IMG/VR virus record: IMGVR_UViG_3300048590_000661
Span: 32,001 to 96,000 of that record
Length of the DNA stretch: 64,000 nt
Origin: a virus
Reading direction: 5' to 3' (one strand)
In this document: positions 12,401 through 19,985 of the stretch, one piece after another
How the letters are laid out: every line of letters begins with the position of its first letter
How positions within the stretch are numbered: the stretch's first letter is position 1
Position numbers and translations under genes: made by a program
Notes under the pieces: model-generated
Database searches by the model: none
What the model was told of the DNA's origin: nothing
Seen by the model: the letters and a program-made list of their open reading frames with translations, nothing else

Positions 12401-14276
12401 TGTATCCAGTGAACAAAAACTAGATTTAATTTTTGAAGACCCTAATCTAAGCACTAAAGCATCTGCATTATTACAAGAGTTTGAAACTGCCTATGATAAT
12501 GCATCTGGACCATTAGGCACAAACTTTGCTGCTATCAATAAAGAATTAATAGCAAAAGGGTTTAGTGCAGAAGACATAATAGCTGTAGCTAAGGCTGCTG
12601 GGTTATCAATTGAAGAAGGGTTTGCTGAAGGGTTTACATCTGATACTAGCGCTACAACTAGAGAAGCTAGAGCTTTAGCCACTAATACACTGTTAGAGCT
12701 AAAAGACGCATTAGGTATTCAATCACCATCTACCGAAGCAAAAGACCAAATTGGTATTCCTGTAGTGGAGGGTATTATTGAACCTTTCTCAGATACAACA
12801 CTTATTCAACCAGCTATAACGACATTAGTAAATAACTTACTAGCAGAGTTAACCGCACAAGTAGAAAGTAAATCTAACAGTATTAAAGAAGCCATCAACA
12901 ACGCTTTAACACCTAAATTTCAAGAATCTGGTGCGGAATTAGGTACAGCGCTAGCAACATCTACTGCTACAACACTATCTAATGCTGATATTCCAGTAGA
13001 ATTAACAACTGACTTTAATGCTATTGGTACAGAGTATGGTACTGCATTAGGTGGTGGCTTTACAACTGGTTTAGATACAGAGCTATCTAAATCTACTGGC
13101 TTGACTGGTATCACTACATTATTCAAAAATACATTCACTGGTATTACTGCTACACTTAATAAGTTTAAAATATCATTATCAACAAGTCTTAATGGTTTAT
13201 ACTCATCATTTAATCAAATCACAAGCACCTTTTCTACAAATATGATTAGATTATGGTCTGTTATGTTTGATAGTTTAATTGAACTAATGGAAGAATTTGT
13301 AGATGAATTTATAGAGCTATTAGAAGACTTTTTGGAAGCGATTACCACTAATGTAGAAGATATGTTTGATAATATCGTTAGTTTATTTGCATCTTTTATC
13401 AATAGTATTCTAAATAGCTATAGCGTATTTACGACAGAATTAGTACGGCTAACAACAGTAGCAGTTATTAATATTATTAACCAATTTAAGCGGTTAGAAA
13501 CAGAACTAGTACCTATTATAGAACGGGCTATTGATGCTGCTACTGCTGCAATGCGTAAAATAGTAGATGCCTTCCGAACAATTGGTACTGATGCTGTTGA
13601 TGCCTTTATTGAGCAAGTTGACACAATGCTTGATAGAACTGTTGGTGCTATAGACATATTTATTACAGAAATATTGGATCTATATAGTGGAACAGGTAGT
13701 ACAATTTACGCTGCTGGTCGTAGTATTGGTGTAAATTTTATTAATGGTTGGATATTTGGTATTGAAAGTAGATTACCTGCGCTATTAGTTGTAGTTGGTA
13801 ATATGGTTGATTCTATGGTTGCTAAAGTAGAGTCTGAATTGCTGATTGAATCACCATCAAGAGTTATGTTTAGACTAGGTGAGTTTACTGGTGATGGTTT
13901 AGCTATGGGTATCCAAAATAAAATTAGCGCAGTATCTAATAGCATGAAAATGTTAACTGATAGCGTCGTTAATAGTGGGTTTAAAAATAAAGTCACGAAC
14001 TTTATTAATAAAGATATATTTGGTACAATGAATAACATAAAGACGGAAGGGTTATTATCGATTCAAGGGGCTGCGCAACGTCACTTAATTGATATGAATA
14101 CTGGGCAAAATATTACATCATATAGTCCAGACTATCAACGGCTAATAGCTAGTAGCAGCAACGTTAGTAATAGTTATGTAACCAATAATAGTTATGCTAT
14201 GACCGTTAATACAAAGCAGGACCGTGTAGTGCCAATTAGACGAAAGTTCCGCACTATGGAATTTATAGGGGTATAA
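3459..14276 (+). CDS. tail tape measure protein (3605 aa)
   Basis: Very long Ala/Gly/Leu-rich amphipathic ORF with a tape-measure domain (ESPFD...FGQIKSLGKL..GDVNQLAQRGI), LGIQSPS/IESPSRV motifs and hydrophobic stretches. Confidence 0.92.
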   Translation: MALVKSGLEIEIKGIKQALDELGMLDRIQDQLALSADNVIITISGMNKSIGALNQKTGTLNNALNPDRFTNFGNAANIADSKLDGFSQAVQATVPHLRNIATASNDLNTSGLNTLSNLQIKDESIRIAATSVEKLKQEFQELNVILDGPVVKNIQEFTAALSKANIGNGSFGTEINQLALGFRKLNEIKDLSAISANLNKFLDVLRRLSAIEVGGALSDLDRLAPALKAAGDGFREFNKTTNIKNTSGLDGFINVVKEIAKVPLTKISGELPIFAVALGTLAEAFKKFASGAPGEKLPSALKAVTLALSELVKISAKDAGKGIVDLGTALGSVATPLSNFAKAMRDFTTGKGITDLPARAKDIKAAMLDIRNAFNFKDIDTLAPKLQQLSPALRDFANAFKAFSTGKNTNSLPANIAAVSKALNDFSKIKLGDLSADLTTLGPGIEKLALAFRAFTTGTNIGDLPQRIQAIVNAINSLKNVRIESLGPELQSVVKPLGEFFGAFRLFSGSEKFADIGKRFGELQKGLNDIKKLNLGSFAKELKEVSVGLESLVKAAALVNSKNLSSISATLTALRAESQKATLANRALALSYTYLINPVKNVANGLGGLAAAIIRLPINIFINQLKFLRAVFIGFPIAVLTKGFQLFFGAINLVQKAFSGFSTLVAKVANIFKALSQTMNNLGIIVKALLFPIVALVNAFNSIINVGSKVSSIFTAFKVNQVANDTKVLSENLKNTNVELTKTAATTTRANAEFVKTDAVLTQVGQESQRATTGVRGMSGALSAINVAQVTLLGLGIAGATKKILAFAAAAKSLEVISNVFQRLNMVVRQFGGQIIGGAFEATSTFEQQTLQITSLLAKEFVKLGKAGSVQEALQLDELNATFNESLAIIKRLAIESPFDNKDIITVFRMASSFGFMREEALDMTRILTDASAALGLTGSDASEIAKVFGQIKSLGKLLAGDVNQLAQRGINVKTILKDVGLTMADVQGGALDADQAIQLILTSLDRDFGGSAARATNTLAGLASTFTSLRDDVLRTTFTPLFDALKPFGAELLAPFQNTDFLEKVTQFGEVLRDNVLGVITGIVRPIVFLTTAFINLPKPIQQAIFFAAKFAATALAVSTAVAVVQAGIVLFGTTLAFIFNPISLTVGALISLATVAYTGREAITSFANAIGGSIYARLLDLAKVFPVIGNALNGLQSVFIRIKTGFNSLFEPSEATKLARSVDTFVQSTNTSLSSTTGSFNEVSFAANTTAKALGLTGTLAKNMVASFIPMRRELSLVALTGEQVTEALDIKPTGLENTISTISTSINGFNNSINNLFSGIQNTIQPGIDAVSAGANSIVAAFNTAGVEVTSIGQSILLIFGGIGQTILDELGKLGTGISERLGGLGTFFADFLTSVTDFGGGLIDAFSQGILTSLNYVADALLAIAELVTFWLEPGSPPRLLPDIDKWGAGLILSWIDGMTATIGPAFQGLGGIIEKAAAGIFSVFIAIGKFTFDTIINSIIAFGGIFTQVFSSLVAVGTAFIGQIALIFNLIANSFLVAIDPALSFKDKFIRILNEVGYFISGTFVNVGVLVASVAQDIVNSLLIVSQFVINEFVIGFNAIKMIFPQLDGLSTRIADFSNKSLANLQTFGNGAATFFADLLDTVTDYGSALISAFSDGIIGAVSVVSQALSYLGDQIAYWLAPGSPPRLLPEIDKWGTAAAGEFLGGFSSADFSKIEDFGSTAEKLLENINLDPGIDINFQGIFEGFAGALAQGSLGEDTFAEVSAVAPQAAAELQLLASTYFSVEDASKKLEEANEKVAASQAKVTEETEKIAEATKTYDDQIAELEGRLTDIDTASTYDAEIKKIAQLQDVINSRYTSEYEQMQAQREIEKIRNTQQLRQLKAAKAANEANLRAAEAELSANEKMAQQSESNVDKSQEELDALKARLDLAAKFASENSGLGADGSLGGSDADEDGKKLKGKKIKIPKGEDLVDAFDLDSALAIGEAGFANFNNKIRTAFDDFRDKIQGVRDGVNAFFDNIREKFGRLQEVFKPVTDAVYKLFTNTNFLKTAFVALGVILAGPLIIGALTTLATIIGGIVIALGPFTGTLLLLTGALGGAGFGAYLLGQNLAEASGLFGESSAILNDVVNSLLTIGSTIGTVLSNFGSGFITGLFADGQTFLSAILGFDVTDLSTISASLGNLAAELVQEFIRFNLIIFKSFTGILLGNNPIDTFLTELTGKDYSGTFEQFATKLGNDLRNYVIKAFNLFESNIASSGVLAGVTKTLGTLISEAFANLGNAVAGVANFDLSTISFDLGGITLTGGPELGTKLAGLLGESFNFLTTIDFSTPATVIQSTFETAFNTIQPIVSQKFLEFMTLVFGSNSQSVIDGLTTTLDNIGLAFDRLFNNINKQGLAGGILQTIFGDGAQAILANFSIALSGLESVFGLVGSAFNTFLANIEASGLADSLINLGNQILYASQEILKLIGPLVAGAVGGAFVLLLEVFKELPFILTNVIDLFANLFERIGNIAKAITDLVLGNISFGQFLSEFFGNILGIFSDIGVFIDGIGDNIANAVKGFISTIGDLIGIDVQPFLDSFGFIIDIIADITSSLLLGWVFKLATQFNRLTNIFTKTSKPLTELDKAFIFIGQKVANLFTGISRLFGSFGKLGTSIKNVLPSTTSFTNAINTIGGLAGGVLKAFFTFATSSFAKFNATLLGVLGIALLLKNGIIETFTAIRDGISEKINAINTFFSALELTNPFASLSTAIFGEEGFVSKIQAVPASFDGLFASVVIANPLAFFDDFFPLFKLAIGEVPGYFTGLLDTITIVNPFDALNDFLFSETGFVSKVLGIGSSFVTTAEDITGINIIDPFEAIKITLGLVKIAVDEIPGLITNLSKAINELTVTDVFAAIAESTNFLVEGAQNLLEIDLSGFSNVFAPVTATIDGLVEKFNNLTQTFKDAANLVPGINIGGAELSGVEVIQEKIKTEFGNTPVSSEQKLDLIFEDPNLSTKASALLQEFETAYDNASGPLGTNFAAINKELIAKGFSAEDIIAVAKAAGLSIEEGFAEGFTSDTSATTREARALATNTLLELKDALGIQSPSTEAKDQIGIPVVEGIIEPFSDTTLIQPAITTLVNNLLAELTAQVESKSNSIKEAINNALTPKFQESGAELGTALATSTATTLSNADIPVELTTDFNAIGTEYGTALGGGFTTGLDTELSKSTGLTGITTLFKNTFTGITATLNKFKISLSTSLNGLYSSFNQITSTFSTNMIRLWSVMFDSLIELMEEFVDEFIELLEDFLEAITTNVEDMFDNIVSLFASFINSILNSYSVFTTELVRLTTVAVINIINQFKRLETELVPIIERAIDAATAAMRKIVDAFRTIGTDAVDAFIEQVDTMLDRTVGAIDIFITEILDLYSGTGSTIYAAGRSIGVNFINGWIFGIESRLPALLVVVGNMVDSMVAKVESELLIESPSRVMFRLGEFTGDGLAMGIQNKISAVSNSMKMLTDSVVNSGFKNKVTNFINKDIFGTMNNIKTEGLLSIQGAAQRHLIDMNTGQNITSYSPDYQRLIASSSNVSNSYVTNNSYAMTVNTKQDRVVPIRRKFRTMEFIGV

Positions 14277-14278
14277 AA

Positions 14279-17035
14279 TTGCACAGAAATACATTAACTA
14301 AGCACAGACGACCCATAGATATACCAAATGGGTATATTCTTAACGAAAAAAAGAGTTATATATCGTATATTATTCCTGAAGATGGTGTAAATTTATTTTA
14401 CCCTAGTTCGGTTGGGTGGCAGTTTATTGGCACTAGTAATGGTGTACAACCATCCTATGATGACCCAATTTTTAATTTAAATCATTATAGAGTGACACCT
14501 ACCGCTAACCAAGAAATGTATACGGAAATGGGTGAAGAGTTAGAGCAAGGTAAAATATATACATTTTCTTTTTGGGCAAAACGTTTATCAACTGAAAATA
14601 CTATTGAAGCATATATAGGTAGTTATAACTCATTAGGCACACCATTAGGGTTTGGCACACCTTTTGGTGTTCGGTCATTTGAAGTTGATGAGTTTTGGAA
14701 TGCATATGAATTTCAATTTTATACTAGGCAAGTAGACCCAGCAGCTAGATACTTTTTTGTATTTAGATATCCTAATGGTGGTGAATTTTATTTAGATGGG
14801 TTCCAATTAGAACAAAAAGAATATAGAACTACCTATATTAATGGCGAATTAGGGCGCATTACCGGACAAGATTACTATGGTTGGGCGGGTGAGCCATATA
14901 ATAGCCCTAGTATTAGGAATGCTCATATTTCGGGTGGGCGCATTATGAATTTTGCCGATATTGGGTTTGATTTAATTAGCATGGAAGGGTTTGGGTTGCC
15001 AGATTTTAACCATAATATTATAGAGTTACCCGTTAACCCTATAGGACTTTATCAAGGCAGTACACCAGAGCAACGTGATATCACATTAGACTTTGTGTAT
15101 TATGCTACTGATATTGAAGATATGTTAACGGCTAGGCATAAGTTAATACGTCAATTAAAATCAGGTTTATTACATATCTATATTCAACTATTTAATTGTG
15201 AAACGCCAATAACAACAATTTACGAAACTACTTTATTGTATGATGGTGGAGCAGAACTAAATCTAGAAAGTTTATATGGTGAAAAAATAAGCCTAGACTT
15301 TACCACATTTGACCCATATTTATACAGAATAGGCGTTAATAGTAATATTCTTATTCCTACAAAATCTGGTAATGCTCAATTATTAGCCAATGCAAATGGT
15401 AATTGGACATCAATACCAACTGTATCAACTATTACAAATGACTGGATTAAAGCGCTTATTGGTCCAGATAAAAATTTATATTTACTAAAAAATGCTCCTG
15501 GTAATGGTGGTGGGTTCTTATTTAAATATAATGGAACTAATTGGACGGTATTATTGCGGTCTGGTAAAGCTGGGCAAATATTCACTGACATGGTTTTAGC
15601 GCCCGATAATGAAATATTTATTGTAGGTGATTTTGATATTATTGTGAGAGGTATTAATGGTGTAGTTGGCGTTAATGGATCTAATGTAAACTTTATTAAA
15701 TTTAATATCTTTAACCAATTAGTATTACCTGTAGCTGATGGTATGAGCATGGCATCTGGCAATTCTATTATTCATACTATTGTACCAATGGCTAATAATA
15801 AATTTTTTATTGGTGGTAAATTTAGCCAAATACAACCATATACTGATGTAGCACGAAAAATTGTTACAAATCATATGGCATTTTATAATAACAATAATAA
15901 TAGATTTGAAGTAATTACGCCTACTGGTATTACAGACGTTAATGGACAAGTTTTTGCAGCTATGCAGTATGAGGATACATTATATGTAGGTGGGTCATTT
16001 ACAGATAGTGCATTTAGTGCAAGTAACCTAATGAATATTAATAACATTAGTTCTAGTTCTGCAAATAATAGATCGAAATTGCCTGTTGGGAACCCTATTG
16101 GCACAATTTATGTCATTACTAAAACAAGGTATGGTGATATATATATTGGTGGGCAATTTACTGGGCCAAATATTGTTGGTGGGGCTTTTGAGGCAGATGA
16201 GTATATAAATGGCAATCTAGTTGTTAGTTTGGCTAGGGTTAACCATAATAGCCGTACACTTGATGGTATTGTTGGTGGCACAGTACTTAATTTTTCTAGT
16301 GCTACTAATGTGGCTGGTATTATATATGATATGGAAGTTGATGCTAATGACAAGTTATGGATAGTTGGGAATTTTGATTATTATGGAGATTTATTTCTTA
16401 ACGGGTTTAATGACCCTATAGATAATTTATTTGTCAATTTAAAACTAAGCACTAACTTTACAAAAAATACATCTTCTATTGCAACATATGATACAATACA
16501 AAAGAAGTGGCTAGCACCAGAAGTTATATTTGATGATAATAGAATAATTTATGATATACTATTAGCCAATAATGAGCAATACTCATCGAATATAGGTATA
16601 GAAGTTTTATTGGCTACTATTGGTGGTAATTATAAATCAATAAGAGAATTAACACTAGTAATAGATAATAATGCAGTAGCGGTTTATCCTGCCATATTGG
16701 TATTAGGCTCGTTTAACGGCGAATCTGTAGACCTATTAAATATTACGAATACGACGACAGGCAAACAACTATATTTTAATAAACTATTAGCTGGGTCGGA
16801 AGAATATTTAGTTGATTTACGTGGTATTCTTCCTAAAGTAACATCAAATTATTATGGAGTACAAAATGGACAGCTTTTATATGGGTCTAATGCAAAGCAA
16901 TTTTACCTTGTGCCTGGAACTAATAAATTAAAAATAGGCATAGACTTAAAAGATTTAACTACTAGTATAGATCCATTGACGGTATTTTTTATTTATCGAA
17001 ATAAATATCTTAGCATAGATAGTATGGTATCATAG
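14279..17035 (+). CDS. distal tail/tail tip protein with carbohydrate-binding and beta-propeller-like domains
   Basis: Follows the tape measure gene. N-terminal CBM-like region (YTFSFWAK...DGFQLEQ), Dit-like segment (RDITL...FTTFDPY), repeated YVGG.F blades and C-terminal LVPGTN. Confidence 0.75.
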   Translation: MHRNTLTKHRRPIDIPNGYILNEKKSYISYIIPEDGVNLFYPSSVGWQFIGTSNGVQPSYDDPIFNLNHYRVTPTANQEMYTEMGEELEQGKIYTFSFWAKRLSTENTIEAYIGSYNSLGTPLGFGTPFGVRSFEVDEFWNAYEFQFYTRQVDPAARYFFVFRYPNGGEFYLDGFQLEQKEYRTTYINGELGRITGQDYYGWAGEPYNSPSIRNAHISGGRIMNFADIGFDLISMEGFGLPDFNHNIIELPVNPIGLYQGSTPEQRDITLDFVYYATDIEDMLTARHKLIRQLKSGLLHIYIQLFNCETPITTIYETTLLYDGGAELNLESLYGEKISLDFTTFDPYLYRIGVNSNILIPTKSGNAQLLANANGNWTSIPTVSTITNDWIKALIGPDKNLYLLKNAPGNGGGFLFKYNGTNWTVLLRSGKAGQIFTDMVLAPDNEIFIVGDFDIIVRGINGVVGVNGSNVNFIKFNIFNQLVLPVADGMSMASGNSIIHTIVPMANNKFFIGGKFSQIQPYTDVARKIVTNHMAFYNNNNNRFEVITPTGITDVNGQVFAAMQYEDTLYVGGSFTDSAFSASNLMNINNISSSSANNRSKLPVGNPIGTIYVITKTRYGDIYIGGQFTGPNIVGGAFEADEYINGNLVVSLARVNHNSRTLDGIVGGTVLNFSSATNVAGIIYDMEVDANDKLWIVGNFDYYGDLFLNGFNDPIDNLFVNLKLSTNFTKNTSSIATYDTIQKKWLAPEVIFDDNRIIYDILLANNEQYSSNIGIEVLLATIGGNYKSIRELTLVIDNNAVAVYPAILVLGSFNGESVDLLNITNTTTGKQLYFNKLLAGSEEYLVDLRGILPKVTSNYYGVQNGQLLYGSNAKQFYLVPGTNKLKIGIDLKDLTTSIDPLTVFFIYRNKYLSIDSMVS

Positions 17036-17038
17036 TAT

Positions 17039-18211
17039 ATGAATATTAATGATTATAGTATTAATTTTTTTTCACCAGAAGGATATAAAATATATACCTT
17101 TAATGCTATTTATGAATTAGAATTTGGGCGTAAAAAGAACGATATTGGTGCATTATCAATCCTAATTCCTAATTTGGAACTATATAATATTAATGATTTT
17201 AAAAGAAATTGCACAGCAGAAATATACCGTGATGGAATTATTATTCCTGTATTATGGTATTTAAAAAAAGTTACAATTACAGAAGATAGTATAGAGCTTG
17301 TATTTTTCGATCATTTAACTCTATTAACCCAAAGGTATGTAACTTGGTACGAAGTAGAGTTTTTTAATTACCCATCACATATGCGATTGCCTAGTGATGA
17401 GCTTATACATGAAGTCATTAGAACAAATTATATTGATGTTCTAGACAATTTAGGATTCTCAGTTGATGCACCAGAGCCTATTAGTGATATGAATACTGAT
17501 GCTAGAGTAATTGACTTTAAATTAGTAGAGCCATTAGGCGTAGGTACTGTTATTGAAGATAGCTTTGCATGGCGTAAAGTTAGTGAAGTAGTTAAAAATA
17601 TCACTGAAACTGCCGAAACAAATGGCGAAAATATATGGTATGATTTTATCTATACCCCTAATGGTGATGGATTCACAATTGGGAATTTATCTTTTAGAAT
17701 ATGGTATAATATTAGAGGTAATGACAGGCGTATTAATAAATCTAATAACCCAGTAGTTTTTTCACCAGAATTGGGTAATTTATCAAACTATTCATTAGAA
17801 TTGGATTATGAAAATTATTATAACCAAGTCTATGTAGTAGCCAAAGAACTACCAGAATTAGATGACGGTGTTAATCTTGTTCGTATTGTGCCGTACCCTC
17901 AAGAGTATGAGTACGAAGGGCAAGAGTTAATTGAGCATGTAGAAATCCTTAATGATGAGGAAATCAACGAAGAGATTATGGAAGCGAAAGCTAAAACATT
18001 ACTAGCACAAGGTAAGCCTATTTCACGTTTAACAGGGGATATTATTCAAACCGACGATTATCAATTTTTTAGAGATTATAATTTCGGTGACAAAGTATCT
18101 GCTTATTGGCAAAATTTATTTTTTGAAACAGAAATAACGACTTATAATGTAACTGTTAGTGATACAGAAGAAATTCGCATTCCATTTGAAAATATAATAG
18201 GTATTAATTAA
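17039..18211 (+). CDS. siphovirus baseplate hub/minor tail protein (ReqiPepy6 Gp37-like)
   Basis: NDIGALSI...VVFSPELGNL...YNQVYV...F.RDYNFGDKV pattern; follows the Dit-like gene. Confidence 0.7.
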   Translation: MNINDYSINFFSPEGYKIYTFNAIYELEFGRKKNDIGALSILIPNLELYNINDFKRNCTAEIYRDGIIIPVLWYLKKVTITEDSIELVFFDHLTLLTQRYVTWYEVEFFNYPSHMRLPSDELIHEVIRTNYIDVLDNLGFSVDAPEPISDMNTDARVIDFKLVEPLGVGTVIEDSFAWRKVSEVVKNITETAETNGENIWYDFIYTPNGDGFTIGNLSFRIWYNIRGNDRRINKSNNPVVFSPELGNLSNYSLELDYENYYNQVYVVAKELPELDDGVNLVRIVPYPQEYEYEGQELIEHVEILNDEEINEEIMEAKAKTLLAQGKPISRLTGDIIQTDDYQFFRDYNFGDKVSAYWQNLFFETEITTYNVTVSDTEEIRIPFENIIGIN

Positions 18212-18213
18212 TA

Positions 18214-19383
18214 ATGGCGATTTCAATCAATTCTAATCAAATAACTAGTAGTATTAATGGGTTTGCTACATTTTTCGGGCTTAACCCGTTTTATTTTAAT
18301 TTTCTAGACCCTAGCTGTCTGTACCCTGTAACAGATATTTGTTTAGAATTTTGGTCACAAAATACCTATAATAGCACCAACGGGCTATCTATAGAACTAT
18401 TAAGCCAATTATTATATGAAGCAGAACTTGAAATTATGACATATTATGGCTTATCATTAGGCGCATGGATTGTTAATGAACGCCATAATTACCCAATAGA
18501 ATTGCGGCATGGGAATTATATTGTGCCTTATATTCATGATGTAGTTTTTAAAACAAAATATAAAATTGATTATTTTGGGCAGCGCAAATTCACACCAGTT
18601 GCCACAACTAATTTAACTTATGTAGATAATGATAGCGATACATATTCTGAAGCGGCAAGAATAACTTATACTATCCCTACAGGTAAATCTATTGAAGATA
18701 TTAAATTTTATTACCCTAACCATTTAGGCGAAAGTAATTATGAAATCAAAGATTATCGGCTTATTTCGCTTACGAATGATGTAGCAGTATTTGAATTTGA
18801 TGCGTGGAATTTGGTATCATTAAGTACGTTAACAAGTACAAAATTTAAAAATACTAAGGCACATAGCTTATGCAACCCTGCAATTTATCTTAGCACAATA
18901 GGGATTGGTTTTGAAGAAAAAGATAGTTGCTTACCTGATATAAAATTATTTTATAAAGAGGATGCATGTATTATTAACTGTGATTACGATAATGTTCCTG
19001 CATGTGGTATTAAAGTTTCAGACAACTTATTTAAACTAGCCTTGCAAAGTTATGATACTGAAACTGGGTGCGTAATTATTGATACTCCTACAGAAATTGA
19101 TTTATGTCAACGAATAGACTATATAGAAGTGAATTATCACACTAGCTCGGATAATAGTTATTTGCTGCAACATGCCATATACTATTTAGCAGCAAGTCGT
19201 TTTCCGTTACAAAATTGCCAATGTGACTGTATAAAAAATATATTTGGCACATTACAAAAAGATACTAGATTTAAAGAAAAAAATGCGGGCAATTACAATA
19301 CTTTTAACACTGACCAACGTAGCCCGTTTGGTACAAGAATAGGCGAATTAAAAGCTTACAACATTTTAGAAAATATTATCTAA
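18214..19383 (+). CDS. putative virion structural protein (head-tail adaptor-like)
   Basis: 389-aa ORF in the structural block with 'EAELEI..Y' and C-terminal 'SPFGTRIG'. Confidence 0.4.
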   Translation: MAISINSNQITSSINGFATFFGLNPFYFNFLDPSCLYPVTDICLEFWSQNTYNSTNGLSIELLSQLLYEAELEIMTYYGLSLGAWIVNERHNYPIELRHGNYIVPYIHDVVFKTKYKIDYFGQRKFTPVATTNLTYVDNDSDTYSEAARITYTIPTGKSIEDIKFYYPNHLGESNYEIKDYRLISLTNDVAVFEFDAWNLVSLSTLTSTKFKNTKAHSLCNPAIYLSTIGIGFEEKDSCLPDIKLFYKEDACIINCDYDNVPACGIKVSDNLFKLALQSYDTETGCVIIDTPTEIDLCQRIDYIEVNYHTSSDNSYLLQHAIYYLAASRFPLQNCQCDCIKNIFGTLQKDTRFKEKNAGNYNTFNTDQRSPFGTRIGELKAYNILENII

Positions 19384-19387
19384 AGTT

Positions 19388-19396
19388 TGCTATAAT
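19388..19396 (+). promoter_or_regulatory. extended -10 promoter element upstream of the lysis cassette
   Basis: TGCTATAAT (TGn-TATAAT) 40 nt before ATG19437; no clear -35. Confidence 0.35.
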
Positions 19397-19436
19397 ATTG
19401 TAAGGTCGTAAATATTAGCTACTTATAGGTGTTAAA

Positions 19437-19985
19437 ATGAGTGAAACCGAAAATAAAGAAGAAGTAAAGTTAGGTGGGATTTTGCCATCCATCTTTAATA
19501 GTGACAAAATCCCACGATGGTCATTAGGTGTCGCCGCTATCGTTATTGTATTAACGGTGTTATTTAATGGGCTAAATTTGGGCACCATTATTCAAAATAA
19601 ACTAGAAAATGATAACGCATTACAATTACAAATTATTAACCAGAGATATCAATCTGATTTACAAGCAATGAATACTTTGGTTAATCTTAATGAAGAATTG
19701 AATGACAGGCTACAAAACGTTTTAACTGCATACAATGAACAAGCAGTTACAAATAGCCAATTGAGCGATAGCAATTTAAAATTAAATCGTGAAGTAGATG
19801 CACTTAAAATTCAATTGAGTAGCAAGGACTTAGCTATCTCAGCTTTAGAACAGAGCAATAGAGAGCTTAATGATAAAGTATTATTATTAACATCTCAAAA
19901 TGAGGATTTACAGAAACAAATTGATACCCTTAATCGACGAATTGATACGTTATTCTCACAGATTCAGGAAGAACCACTACCATGA
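19437..19985 (+). CDS. membrane-anchored coiled-coil protein, holin/spanin-like
   Basis: One N-terminal transmembrane helix followed by a long coiled coil; overlaps the endolysin start (ATGA). Confidence 0.45.
   Translation: MSETENKEEVKLGGILPSIFNSDKIPRWSLGVAAIVIVLTVLFNGLNLGTIIQNKLENDNALQLQIINQRYQSDLQAMNTLVNLNEELNDRLQNVLTAYNEQAVTNSQLSDSNLKLNREVDALKIQLSSKDLAISALEQSNRELNDKVLLLTSQNEDLQKQIDTLNRRIDTLFSQIQEEPLP

Noticed and set aside
3920-14038. Many antisense ORFs within the tape measure gene, including 522 aa at 10676-12244
   Set aside because: Shadow frames caused by the codon bias of the tape measure gene; no motifs or ribosome-binding sites.
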